Shown here piece by piece: positions 18,157 through 27,868 of a stretch of 62,423 bases of DNA (position 1 is its first letter; the number at the start of each line of letters is the position of its first letter). The position numbers and the translations under genes are program-made. The notes under the pieces were generated by a model. The model worked only from the letters and a program-made list of their open reading frames with translations, ran no database searches and was not told where the DNA came from. This DNA comes from an uncultured Candidatus Saccharibacteria bacterium. GTDB lineage: Bacteria; Patescibacteriota; Minisyncoccia; UBA6257; Colwellbacteraceae. The stretch covers positions 1-62,423 of the forward strand of contig CAZRNY010000001.1 in assembly GCA_964601595.1 (NCBI GenBank), written 5' to 3'.

Positions 18157-19206
18157 ATGAAGCCGATAATCATTATCGCCTTGGTTGCGGTCGTTCTTGC
18201 CACCGTCCTAGGGGTCCTTATCTTTTATCGTCCGCAAGGGATCGATAATAAAGAAAAAGATCCTCAGGAAGAAGTTAACAACGGAATTTCGGAAGAAACC
18301 GTCCTCGCGAAGCGTACTGGCGTGATATCTGACATATCGGATTCATTGATTATTATTTCCGGAAACGAAGGGCAGTTTAATCTGTCTTTGTCTAAGGATA
18401 CGGAATTCTCTGATGACGGAGGTAATGCTTCTAATGCTTCATTTTTCTTCAAGGGTGTTTCCGTAGAAGCGGAAGAGAGGGGAGGGCGTGCGTTTTCTGT
18501 GCATGCCCTTTCTCTTCCGAAAATAATCATATCTTCTCCTTCCTCCTTCGATATTCCCGTAGGACAGCTTTTTTTCAATATTTCAGGCAAGGCTCTCGCA
18601 GATAGCGAAAAAATATTTTTTGCCCTAAAGAACAGGCGTACTTCTTCTGAATATTTTTCTAATTCTTTTGTAGTCGTAGACGACGGGACTAGATATGGTG
18701 TCTTTTCTATACCGGTTGATCTTTCGACCGCTCTTGATATTTTGGATGGAGATGCCCTCGATATGCGTTTTTTCATAAAGGACAAGGATAATAAGGAAAC
18801 TGATATCTTCTCGACCGCTCTCATATATCACGGAGGACTCGTATCGAGGATAAAGATATATCTTGGCAAGGGAAAAGGATCTTGTGCTAATACCTATGCC
18901 GTGGAACGCCTTGTGAGTGCTTCACGATCGGCGACGAGAGCCGCTATTGAAGAGCTAATCAAGGGACCCACCGGAAAAGAGAAGGCGGAGGGGTATTTCT
19001 CTAACATCGATCCCACAACCCGTATCCGTTCCCTCGAGCCTCGCGCTGAGAATACGCTTCTCGATCTTGATAATTCCATCCTGCGCCCAGCCGGTGGCTG
19101 TTCGCTTTCTTTCTCTAAGATGCAGATAGAAAAGAGCTTGAAAGAGAACCCCATGGTAAAAGGAATAATAATGACCGTTAACGGCGAATCAGGACCGCTT
19201 AGATGA
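18157..19206 (+). CDS. Membrane-anchored protein with a C-terminal GerMN-like domain
   Basis: N-terminal TM. The C-terminal segment AIEELIKGPTGKEKAEGYFSNI...VKGIIMTVNGES resembles GerMN. Confidence 0.65.
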   Translation: MKPIIIIALVAVVLATVLGVLIFYRPQGIDNKEKDPQEEVNNGISEETVLAKRTGVISDISDSLIIISGNEGQFNLSLSKDTEFSDDGGNASNASFFFKGVSVEAEERGGRAFSVHALSLPKIIISSPSSFDIPVGQLFFNISGKALADSEKIFFALKNRRTSSEYFSNSFVVVDDGTRYGVFSIPVDLSTALDILDGDALDMRFFIKDKDNKETDIFSTALIYHGGLVSRIKIYLGKGKGSCANTYAVERLVSASRSATRAAIEELIKGPTGKEKAEGYFSNIDPTTRIRSLEPRAENTLLDLDNSILRPAGGCSLSFSKMQIEKSLKENPMVKGIIMTVNGESGPLR

Positions 19207-19958
19207 ACCCTCGCGAGAAAACTTCATGGGGAGGCGTTGCTGATTGGTATCACGACCTCGTTTCCGATGACACTAGCTATCAGAAGACGGTTATTCTGCC
19301 GAACCTTCTGAGAATGATGGATATAAAGAAAGGAGAATCTGTCTTGGATGTCGGTTGCGGCGAGGGCGTCATGGCTCGCGCTTTTACGGCTGCTGGCGCT
19401 TCCGTTTCCGGATGCGATATATCGAGTGAGCTTATCCGTATGGCGATAAAGAATTCTCCGCCATCATCGCGTTTCGAAGTAGCTAAAGCCGAAGACCTCT
19501 CTGTCTTTAACGATTCTCTTTTTGATAAGGCGGTTTTGATTCTGTCTCTTCAGAACATCGAAGGAGCGGCGAAGGCGCTTTCGGAAATAGGAAATCATGT
19601 TCGTCAGTCGGGAAAATTGTATATCGTTCTCAATCATCCCTGTTTCCGTATTCCGCAATTCTCTTCTTGGGAATTTGATGGAATGAAAGTGCAATATCGC
19701 CGCATAGAGAAATATCTTTCGGAAAGCCGTTCGGAGATAGTGATGCATCCCGGATCAATGTCTTCGTCTAAGACGATCTCTTTTCATCGTCCTCTCCAAT
19801 ATTATTTCAAGTCGTTCGCTAAAGCGGGCTTTGCCGTGTCTCGTATCGAGGAGTGGAATTCCGACAGAAAGAGCGAATCTGGCCCCAGAGCGGAAGCGGA
19901 AGATAGGGCTAGAAAAGAGATTCCTCTTTTTATGGCTCTCGAATGCTTTAAGATCTGA
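19203..19958 (+). CDS. Class I SAM-dependent methyltransferase
   Basis: Motif I VLDVGCGEGV. ATGA overlap with the upstream gene. Confidence 0.85.
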   Translation: MNPREKTSWGGVADWYHDLVSDDTSYQKTVILPNLLRMMDIKKGESVLDVGCGEGVMARAFTAAGASVSGCDISSELIRMAIKNSPPSSRFEVAKAEDLSVFNDSLFDKAVLILSLQNIEGAAKALSEIGNHVRQSGKLYIVLNHPCFRIPQFSSWEFDGMKVQYRRIEKYLSESRSEIVMHPGSMSSSKTISFHRPLQYYFKSFAKAGFAVSRIEEWNSDRKSESGPRAEAEDRARKEIPLFMALECFKI

Positions 19959-20000
19959 TTTGCCGTTTTTCTCTTAATCTCCTATATTCGTAGTGATTTA

Positions 20001-20708
20001 ATGCGCAGACAGCGTCTCATATCTGATTTTGATTTGTCGGCAAAGGTATTTATTACGGATGCTTCTTTCTTGAATCAGATAAGGAATGTTTTACGCTTCA
20101 AGAAAGGGGACGAGATAACCCTCTGTGACGGTATGGGTCGGGAGCGAGACTTCTCTGTCACTCTTTCATCCAAAGAAGAAATCATTCTCGAACCGGTATC
20201 AGAAGAGCGTGATGCTTTCATCCCAGAAAGAAAGGTCATCCTTTGTCTTTCGATAATCAAGAAGGACAACTTCGAAGTGGCTGCCCAGAAGGCGGTTGAG
20301 TGCGGCGTCTCTGGAATCGTTCCGGTTATTTCCGAAAGGACGATAAAAGGTAATATCGACATAGAGAGATTAAAAAAGATCATCCGTGAAGCATCGGAGC
20401 AATCCGGTCGTGGATCGGTTCCTGATATCTCATCTCCTGTCAGTCTCGAAGAATCCCTTTCTCTGTCTTCCTCCGGAAATATTTTCGCTTTTCATACTGA
20501 TCCTGAATCAATCTCGGTTCCGGACGATTCTGGTCGTAGCGACACTGATTTTCTCTTTATCGGTCCCGAAGGCGGCTTTTCCGATAAGGAGATCGAATTA
20601 TTCCGTGAGAAGAACGCCATCTTCAGGTCGCTTGGTAATCTCATCTTAAGAGCAGAAACGGCCGCTGCTGTTTCTGTCTATCTTCATGCGCAGGGAATTG
20701 ATCGCTGA
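20001..20708 (+). CDS. rsmE: 16S rRNA (uracil1498-N3)-methyltransferase RsmE
   Basis: PUA-like N-terminus (NVLRFKKGDEITLCDG), SPOUT C-terminus (FLFIGPEGGFSDKEI, LGNLILRAETAA). Confidence 0.85.
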   Translation: MRRQRLISDFDLSAKVFITDASFLNQIRNVLRFKKGDEITLCDGMGRERDFSVTLSSKEEIILEPVSEERDAFIPERKVILCLSIIKKDNFEVAAQKAVECGVSGIVPVISERTIKGNIDIERLKKIIREASEQSGRGSVPDISSPVSLEESLSLSSSGNIFAFHTDPESISVPDDSGRSDTDFLFIGPEGGFSDKEIELFREKNAIFRSLGNLILRAETAAAVSVYLHAQGIDR

Positions 20709-21762
20709 TCCGGAAGAGCTATTGCTCTATGACTTTCAATATCCCGCTTCAGCTATCGCCGACGCGCCTGCGTCTCCGCGCGATTCGGCACGGCTCATGG
20801 TCGTCGATAAAAATAATGACGAGCCAATCTTTTCCATATTCTCTGATCTCGGTCTTCATCTTCCTGATCGCTCCATCATCGTGATGAACGAGACAAAAGT
20901 AGTTCCCGCGAGATTCACTTTATTCAAGCCTTCCGGCGGAAAAGTAGTCCTTGTTTTTGTCGGAAACGAATCAGGATTATTGAAAGTTATTTCTGATCGT
21001 AAGATAGAAGTCGGTTCATTACTCGTCTCCTCTCTCGGAGAATCTTTTTTCGTGAAGAGACAGGATGAAAAATATTTCTTTCTTTCTCTTCCTAAAAGGA
21101 TGATGAAAGATGATCATATTTATTTTTCTGTTTTTTATGATTTTTTAGACAAGGAAGGAAAGACTCCTCTTCCTCCATATATTAAGACTGAGCTTTCGGA
21201 AGAAGTGGTGAGGGAGGAATATCAGACTGTCTTTGCAAAAGAAAAGGGATCAATGGCTGCTCCGACTGCTTCGCTTCACTTTACTGACGATCTTATGGAT
21301 GATCTGAAAGCTATGGGGCACGAGATCGTCTTTATAACTCTTCATGTTGGCCTTGGCACTTTTGCGCCTCTTTCTTCGAAAGAACTTTCCGAAGGGAAGC
21401 TTCATAAGGAAAATTATTCGATATCGCCCGAAGCGACAGAGGTTGTCTCTCGCGGAAAGAGAGAAGGGCGGCCAATTATCGCCGTCGGAACAACGGTGAT
21501 GAGAACTCTTGAATCCGCTTTCGACGAAGAAGGAAATATCACACAGAGAGAAGGGGAGACTGATCTCTTTATCCGCGAAGGTTATCGTTTCAAGATGGCG
21601 AACGGTCTTATTACCAACTTCCATGTGCCGAAGTCGAGTCTTATGATGCTCGTTTCTGCCTTCATGGGCAGAGAAAGGCTTCTCGCGATGTATAAGGAGG
21701 CGATCGAAGGGGGATTCCGCCTTTTTTCTTTTGGAGATGGAATGCTGATAAAAGACAGGTGA
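20686..21762 (+). CDS. queA: S-adenosylmethionine:tRNA ribosyltransferase-isomerase QueA
   Basis: Motifs TPLPPYIK, SMAAPTASLHFT, VGTTVMRTLES and ITNFHVPKSSLMMLVSAF. Confidence 0.9.
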   Translation: MRRELIADPEELLLYDFQYPASAIADAPASPRDSARLMVVDKNNDEPIFSIFSDLGLHLPDRSIIVMNETKVVPARFTLFKPSGGKVVLVFVGNESGLLKVISDRKIEVGSLLVSSLGESFFVKRQDEKYFFLSLPKRMMKDDHIYFSVFYDFLDKEGKTPLPPYIKTELSEEVVREEYQTVFAKEKGSMAAPTASLHFTDDLMDDLKAMGHEIVFITLHVGLGTFAPLSSKELSEGKLHKENYSISPEATEVVSRGKREGRPIIAVGTTVMRTLESAFDEEGNITQREGETDLFIREGYRFKMANGLITNFHVPKSSLMMLVSAFMGRERLLAMYKEAIEGGFRLFSFGDGMLIKDR

Positions 21763-21799
21763 TTTCTGGCTTATGAACAAGCGCTTTAATTCTCTTAAA

Positions 21800-21808
21800 T
21801 GATATAAT
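21800..21808 (+). promoter_or_regulatory. Candidate extended -10 promoter element for the giant surface protein gene
   Basis: TGATATAAT (TGnTATAAT) in an AT-rich spacer, 45 nt upstream of the ATG at 21854. Confidence 0.3.
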
Positions 21809-21853
21809 TATTTTAATAAGAGATTAATTAAGGTTTTCTTATTTAAAAACCAA

Positions 21854-24800
21854 ATGAAGCCACTAAGTGGATTGTTCTTAAAAAGTCTTTTCGCGTTTGT
21901 TTTCTGCGGAGCCGTTTTATGTGGCTCCTTTTTTAATGGCGTTTTCTTGAAAATTGCGGAAGCTACTGATGGTTCCGGTATTAATGCCGTGAATCCGACG
22001 ACTGCGTCCGTTTCTTCTTCAGGTAATATTTTTACATTTACTTATAACGCCGCGGAAAACATGGATTCGGGAGGTATAAGGATATCTGTTCCGGCTGGTG
22101 GCTGGAGTGCTCCTCAGGCTTTGATCGGCGTTCCGGGATATACGACCGTCTCTTCGGTCGGGATCGTCGCGAATGTTGAGAGTAATCTTGATTCCTCGGC
22201 CGGTTGGGGCGTGACGAATCATATGAATCTGTCGGTTGATACGGGAGACAAGCAGGAGGGAACCGCTTCTCTTTCGAACGCGATCACCGCGACCGCCACC
22301 GCTGGAGAAAAATGGTATTTCAACTACGGTGTCGCTTCCAATTGGGGTGCTAGCGCCGACGGCAATCTTCGTGTCGGTATGTGGTTGAAATCGAGTGTCG
22401 CAACCGCTGCTGGAAATATAAATTGGCAGGATGATAATTCTGCAAACCTCGCGAGTCCTAGTGATAATATTTCTCTCGGTGCTCTTTCTGCGAATACTTG
22501 GACCTATACTTCCGCGACTCTCGGTGCTGCTTCTAGGAATTCCATCCTCTCTTATGGATTTCTCTATAACACCGATATCGGCGCCGCGACGATAAAGGCT
22601 GATTCTCTTTCTGTCATCTTTAGCGCTAATGATTCTAATACCGGTTGGAATGGAGATGCTGGTATTACCGATTCTCTTATCACCGGAGCCGGAAACTTCA
22701 TGGAAGGTACGGGATCTGTCCGTTGCTCATATAATAATTCGGCTGGAGTAGGAAGCAGCGGCGACTGTAGGAATAGCGAGGGTAGTGTCATTACCGTTGG
22801 GCCAGGAACAACGGTTTCTTTCTGGGTGCGTCCGAGTATTGCTTTGAACGCTGGAGACTTTGCTTGGGCTGATGATAATTCCGCAACTCTTGATTCTCCT
22901 GATAGTATCGTCAATCTTCCTGCACTCGCGGCGAATACTTGGACCTATTTAAAGATCACCTCTGCCACTTCGGGGGATATGAGATCGTTCGGTCTTCGTC
23001 AGCTTGTCGATAAGGGAGCGATGACGATCGATATCGATGCGATCGGCAAGCAGATAGACACCGCCGACTCGACGACCGGTTGGGTCGCTTCTGCCTCGAC
23101 TACTCAGACTGTCTCGACTGATGTGAGTGTCCTTCATGAAGGAACAGGATCGCTAAAAAATATCATTACTGCTTCGGCCGCTTCGGGGGATAAATGGTAT
23201 AGAACCCTTAATTCTCCCGAAGATTGGTCTTCTTATACTACTATCGGTTTATGGATTCGCTCTTCGGTTGCGACTGCCGCCGGAAATCTTAAATTTGAAT
23301 ATGCTTCTTCTCCCGATCTCACGAGTCCGATCGCTTCCGTTAATATAGGCGCTCTCTCTGCGAATGTTTGGAGTTACCAGAAACTGACGCTCGCGGGAAC
23401 TCGGACGAATATCAATAGTTACGGTATCCACTACTCGACCGACATTGGCGCCGCGACTGTCTATCTGGATGATATCCTTCTCGGCCCCGGCAGCCTTAGT
23501 TTCTCCGGAAACGACATCAATGCTCGCATTCTTTCTCTTTCTGCCGCGCAGGCGGTTACTATCGTCTACGGCAATGGAGGAGGATCGAGCGGCGTTACTG
23601 TTCCCGCGACCGCCGCGGCTTATGCCTTTAATACCAGTTCTCGTATTTCTGACTCGGGTACTCTTACGGCAATTGGCACTTCGCCGACTGTCACCGTCAC
23701 TCTGCCCGCTACTTCCACTTCTATTATTTCTTCGGGTAGTCCGTCTGTTTATGGCGATACCGTGACTTTCACCGCGACAGTGACTCCGACCGGTGGCGGC
23801 GCGCCGACCGGAATCGTTACTTTTAAGGATGGTCTTACGACTATAGGTACGGGAGCTTTGAATGGTGCAAGCCCTGGAATCGCTACTTTAAATATCAGCA
23901 CTCTTACTGTTGCTGATTCTCCTCATTCGATTACAGCTACATATGGAGGAGACAGCGGTCATGCTAGTAGTGTTTCAAACGCGATAGGGCATAATGTGAC
24001 GACGAAGGCTTTAATAGTTTCCGGTATCTCTGCCTCCGATAAAGTCTATGATCGCCTCACGACCGCTACCTTAAATGTTTCCGGTGCTTCTCTTGTCGGT
24101 GTCATCGCCCCCGATGTAGTCACCTTGAATACTTCTCTCGCTGCTGGCACTTTCTCTGACGAGAATGTCGGCACAGGCAAACTCGTCACGATCTCCGGTC
24201 TTACACTCGGAGGCGTTGATGCTTCGAAATACACCCTTACTCAGCCATCGACAACCGCCTCTATCACCGCAAAGAATCTGACGATTACCGGTATCACCGC
24301 GAACGACAAAGTCTACGACGGGAATCAGACCGCTGTCTTAGTCGGCACTCCCGGAACTCTTGTCGGTGTCATCGCCCCCGATGTCGTTTCGATAGCAGGA
24401 ACGGCTATCGGCACTTTTGCTGACGCAAATGTCGGCACAGGCAAACTCGTCACGATCTCCGGCTTATCGATCTCCGGCACCGACTCCGCAAATTATTCTC
24501 TTACTGCTCCGACTACGACTGCTTCAATCACCGCAGCTGCTTTAACCGTCACAGGCATCACTGCTTCCGACAAGATATATGATGGCAATACGACCGCTAT
24601 TCTGAATACCGGTTCTGCTACACTCGTCGGCGTCGCTTTCGGAGACATTGTCACCTTGAATACTTCTCTCGCTGCTGGCACTTTCTCTGACGAGAATGTC
24701 GGCACAGGCAAACTCGTCACGATCTCCGGTCTTACACTCGGAGGCGTTGATGCTTCGAAATACACCCTTACTCAGCCATCGACAACCGCCTCTATCACCG

Positions 24801-26656
24801 CAAAGAATCTGACGATTACCGGTATCACCGCGAACGACAAAGTCTACGACGGGAATCAGACCGCTGTCTTAGTCGGCACTCCCGGAACTCTTGTCGGTGT
24901 CATCGCCCCCGATGTCGTTTCGATAGCAGGAACGGCTATCGGCACTTTTGCTGACGCAAATGTCGGCACAGGCAAACTCGTCACGATCTCCGGCTTATCG
25001 ATCTCCGGCACCGACTCCGCAAATTATTCTCTTACTGCTCCGACTACGACTGCGAGTATAACCGCTGTCAATCCTCTTACCGTTTCCGGTATCTCTGCCT
25101 CCGATAAAGTCTATGATCGCCTCACGACCGCTACCTTAAATGTTTCCGGTGCTTCTCTTGTCGGTGTCATCGCCCCCGATGTAGTCACCTTGAATACTTC
25201 TCTCGCTGCTGGCACTTTCTCTGACAAGAATGTTGGCATCGGAAAGACTGTGACGATCTCCGGTCTCACACTATCTGGAACAGATGCCGCTAAATATACA
25301 CTTGTAGCTCCATCGACGACTGCTTCGATTACGACAAAAGCTTTGACCGCTTCCGGTATCACTGCAGACAATAAGGTTTTCGATGGTAATACAACCGCCA
25401 CCCTGAATACTGGTTCCGCTTCTCTTGTCGGCATCATCTCTCCTGATGTGGTTACCCTAGACACCGCTTCCGCCACCGGTACTTTCGCTGATTCGGCTAT
25501 CGGCACGGGTAAGACCGTAACGATTACCGGACTGACTATCGGAGGCGTCGACTCAGGAAACTATTCTCTCACACAGCCGACTGCTACCGCTGATATAACG
25601 AGCAGTACCGTTCCGGTTGTTGCCACTCGTCTTGTTATCGTTCAGCCCTCGAATGCCGTGGTTGGAACTGTCATTCCCGTCACTATCCGCGCTGAAGATA
25701 ATTCCGGAAATCTTGATACATCTTTCAATAATGTCATCACTCTTTTCCTTACTGGGGCGGCTACGGGAGCCGGTCCGGTTACGATCGTAAACGGCATAGG
25801 TTCCGCAAGCATCAACGACTCCGTTGCTGAGACCGTAACACTTGCCCTGATAGATGCCGTCGGCCTCGGCCTCGATATTTCTTCGACAAAGAATGTTACT
25901 TGGACTTCGGTTGTTATTCCCCCAGTCTCTTCATCAGCGCAGACTCTTCCTCCTACTCCTAATCTTCGAGGTAGGGCTTTCCCTGGAGCAGACGTCCAGA
26001 TATCGGCCTTTTCGGCTAATGCCGCTCCCGTAAACAGCAGGGTTGTTTCCGCGAATGACGGCTACTTCGATCTTCTTCTCGGAAGCGGTACGAGCGTCTC
26101 TTCTTTTGCTATCTCGGCTACCGACTCGAATGGAGATAAGAGTCAGACCAAAGTATTTTCTTTCGATCCGAGAATAGGTGGACAGGAAACTAATTTGAAC
26201 ATAATAGTTCCTCCGACCGCGAAGCTTCTCCGCAGCGTGATAACGAAAGGGGACAATATGGTGATGACCGGCTTCGGTTTTTCGAACAGCACCATCCATC
26301 TTTTTATTGATGGGGTTTCTGCGGGTAGCTCTGTTCAGACCGATAGTTCCGGTGGATATCGCATATTGTTCAATACCGCAAATCTCTCTCTTGGTAACCA
26401 CGAAGTCATGGTTAATGAAGTTCTCCAGAATGGTATAGTGAGCGATTATTCGCTCCGCAGGACTCTCACTCTCTCCTCTTTATTCACTCCGAAGACTGAT
26501 TTTAACAAGGATAACAGGGTGAATATCCAGGACTGGAGTATATTCCTCAGTAAATGGAATATTCCAGGTGGGCCGAGTATTGATCTTGATCTGAACGGCG
26601 ACGGATCGGTCGATATAGCGGATTTTAGTATAATGTTAAGAGCAGTTCAGCAATAA
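21854..26656 (+). CDS. Giant secreted repeat protein (1600 aa): signal peptide, three CBM-like beta-sandwich modules, an Ig-like domain, six YDG-type adhesin modules, further Ig-like regions and a C-terminal dockerin-like domain
   Basis: N-terminal hydrophobic signal. Six modules of about 89 aa contain K(V/I)YD(G/R)xxTA and GTFxDxNVGTGK. The C-terminus has DFNKDNRVNIQD and DLNGDGSVDIAD, which are paired EF-hand-like Ca loops. Confidence 0.9.
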   Translation: MKPLSGLFLKSLFAFVFCGAVLCGSFFNGVFLKIAEATDGSGINAVNPTTASVSSSGNIFTFTYNAAENMDSGGIRISVPAGGWSAPQALIGVPGYTTVSSVGIVANVESNLDSSAGWGVTNHMNLSVDTGDKQEGTASLSNAITATATAGEKWYFNYGVASNWGASADGNLRVGMWLKSSVATAAGNINWQDDNSANLASPSDNISLGALSANTWTYTSATLGAASRNSILSYGFLYNTDIGAATIKADSLSVIFSANDSNTGWNGDAGITDSLITGAGNFMEGTGSVRCSYNNSAGVGSSGDCRNSEGSVITVGPGTTVSFWVRPSIALNAGDFAWADDNSATLDSPDSIVNLPALAANTWTYLKITSATSGDMRSFGLRQLVDKGAMTIDIDAIGKQIDTADSTTGWVASASTTQTVSTDVSVLHEGTGSLKNIITASAASGDKWYRTLNSPEDWSSYTTIGLWIRSSVATAAGNLKFEYASSPDLTSPIASVNIGALSANVWSYQKLTLAGTRTNINSYGIHYSTDIGAATVYLDDILLGPGSLSFSGNDINARILSLSAAQAVTIVYGNGGGSSGVTVPATAAAYAFNTSSRISDSGTLTAIGTSPTVTVTLPATSTSIISSGSPSVYGDTVTFTATVTPTGGGAPTGIVTFKDGLTTIGTGALNGASPGIATLNISTLTVADSPHSITATYGGDSGHASSVSNAIGHNVTTKALIVSGISASDKVYDRLTTATLNVSGASLVGVIAPDVVTLNTSLAAGTFSDENVGTGKLVTISGLTLGGVDASKYTLTQPSTTASITAKNLTITGITANDKVYDGNQTAVLVGTPGTLVGVIAPDVVSIAGTAIGTFADANVGTGKLVTISGLSISGTDSANYSLTAPTTTASITAAALTVTGITASDKIYDGNTTAILNTGSATLVGVAFGDIVTLNTSLAAGTFSDENVGTGKLVTISGLTLGGVDASKYTLTQPSTTASITAKNLTITGITANDKVYDGNQTAVLVGTPGTLVGVIAPDVVSIAGTAIGTFADANVGTGKLVTISGLSISGTDSANYSLTAPTTTASITAVNPLTVSGISASDKVYDRLTTATLNVSGASLVGVIAPDVVTLNTSLAAGTFSDKNVGIGKTVTISGLTLSGTDAAKYTLVAPSTTASITTKALTASGITADNKVFDGNTTATLNTGSASLVGIISPDVVTLDTASATGTFADSAIGTGKTVTITGLTIGGVDSGNYSLTQPTATADITSSTVPVVATRLVIVQPSNAVVGTVIPVTIRAEDNSGNLDTSFNNVITLFLTGAATGAGPVTIVNGIGSASINDSVAETVTLALIDAVGLGLDISSTKNVTWTSVVIPPVSSSAQTLPPTPNLRGRAFPGADVQISAFSANAAPVNSRVVSANDGYFDLLLGSGTSVSSFAISATDSNGDKSQTKVFSFDPRIGGQETNLNIIVPPTAKLLRSVITKGDNMVMTGFGFSNSTIHLFIDGVSAGSSVQTDSSGGYRILFNTANLSLGNHEVMVNEVLQNGIVSDYSLRRTLTLSSLFTPKTDFNKDNRVNIQDWSIFLSKWNIPGGPSIDLDLNGDGSVDIADFSIMLRAVQQ
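24017..24160 (+). repeat. Intragenic direct repeat copy B1 (144 bp, identical to 25082-25225)
   Basis: The offset is 1065 bp. It overlaps the start of A1, so the array reads B-A...A-B. Confidence 0.9.
24119..24522 (+). repeat. Intragenic direct repeat copy A1 (404 bp, 100% identical to 24650-25053)
   Basis: Base-by-base comparison shows identity. The period is 531 bp (177 codons), covering two YDG modules. Confidence 0.95.
24650..25053 (+). repeat. Intragenic direct repeat copy A2
   Basis: Identical to 24119-24522. Confidence 0.95.
25082..25225 (+). repeat. Intragenic direct repeat copy B2
   Basis: Identical to 24017-24160. Confidence 0.9.
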
Positions 26657-26659
26657 TAA

Positions 26660-27868
26660 ATGATTAAGAAAATAATATCTTTTCTTACGGCGGCTATCTT
26701 CATCGGATTTGGATCAGATAGCGTTTCAGCGGCCACTTTCAATCTGAATATAAGTAAGCAGTCGTTTGCTGTAAACGAAGATTTCACCGTTGAGCTTCAT
26801 ATGGATAGCCAAGGTGTTGGTATAAATGCCGCTCAGGGAACCATACGGTTTCCTTCCGATATTCTTGAAGTAAAAAGCATAGATAAGACTGAATCGGTCT
26901 TTAATTTCTGGCTCCAGGAACCGGTCGTATCCGCAAACAAAGATAGTATTTCCTTTACTGGCGGATCAACGAGCGGTTTTTCCGGACAATCTCTTTATGC
27001 TCTGAAAATAGTTTTTCATGTCAAAGGGTCAGGCTCTGGGTCGATAAGTGTTACAGACGGAGCGATTACGGCTTCTGATGGCAGCGGTACTAATGTGCTC
27101 GTCGGCGGAAAGGGGATAGATATCTCATCATCTTCCGGTTCGTCCGGACCTGGCACTCTGGCTACGATCACGCCGGTCATACCTCCGATAACTCCTATAA
27201 CCCGAGAAGCCGTTCCGTCTGAGAAATCTCCCGTAAGGCCTGATGCTAGGATAAGCCTCTATCCCGATGCGGAGTCTTGGTATAGCGGTACTGCTCCATT
27301 CCTTGTCGAATGGAGTCTTCCAAACGATATTACCGATGTTGCGACAAGTATCAATAAGGATCCGACCGGCGTTCCTTCAAAGAGCGAAGGGTTATTCGAT
27401 AATAAGACTTTTGCGTCTCTTACCGATGGCATCTGGTATCTGCATGTGAGATTTAGAAACAATATCGGCTGGGGACCGACTTTTCATCGCCGGATAGCCG
27501 TCGATACGAATCCGCCGCTTCCTTTCGAAATATCTTCTTCTTCCGGACTTGAGAGTGATAACCCTTCTCCTGTTCTTTCTTTTGAAACTACCGACCAACC
27601 ATCTGGCATATTGAGGTATTCCGTGACCGTCGGTTCTGCGGAGCCTATAAATGTAGAAAAGGGATCAATTAATCTTCCTCTTCAGTCTCCCGGAGATAAA
27701 AAAGTGAAAGTTGTCGCTTTTGATAAGGCGGGGAACTTTACCGAAAAGATCGTTGATCTCAAGGTTATTTCCATATCTCTCCCGACGGTGAGTTTTATCA
27801 CTGGTTCTTTTGTTGTCGGCGATGAGATGTTTGAGGCGAGGGGGGGTCCGTCCCAGGGTATTCCGTAG
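26660..27868 (+). CDS. Secreted cohesin-like domain protein (5' part of a probably frameshifted gene)
   Basis: Signal peptide (FLTAAIFIGFGSDSVSA). The segment FNLNIS...FTVELHMDS...INAAQGTIRFPSDILEV...ISFTGGS...LYALKIVFHVKG resembles type-I cohesin. The frame ends 20 nt after a G7 run. Confidence 0.75.
   Translation: MIKKIISFLTAAIFIGFGSDSVSAATFNLNISKQSFAVNEDFTVELHMDSQGVGINAAQGTIRFPSDILEVKSIDKTESVFNFWLQEPVVSANKDSISFTGGSTSGFSGQSLYALKIVFHVKGSGSGSISVTDGAITASDGSGTNVLVGGKGIDISSSSGSSGPGTLATITPVIPPITPITREAVPSEKSPVRPDARISLYPDAESWYSGTAPFLVEWSLPNDITDVATSINKDPTGVPSKSEGLFDNKTFASLTDGIWYLHVRFRNNIGWGPTFHRRIAVDTNPPLPFEISSSSGLESDNPSPVLSFETTDQPSGILRYSVTVGSAEPINVEKGSINLPLQSPGDKKVKVVAFDKAGNFTEKIVDLKVISISLPTVSFITGSFVVGDEMFEARGGPSQGIP
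27840..27846 (+). repeat. G7 homopolymer at the frame junction of the cohesin gene
   Basis: The sequence is A-GGGGGGG-TCC. The upstream ORF is in the frame of 26660, and the downstream frame (that of 27946) is open from 27835. Confidence 0.95.

Noticed and set aside
24017-25225. Whether the regularly spaced identical repeats could be a CRISPR array
   Set aside because: The repeats are 144-404 bp long, lie in frame inside a continuous 1600-aa ORF and encode protein modules. There is no short repeat/spacer architecture and no cas genes.
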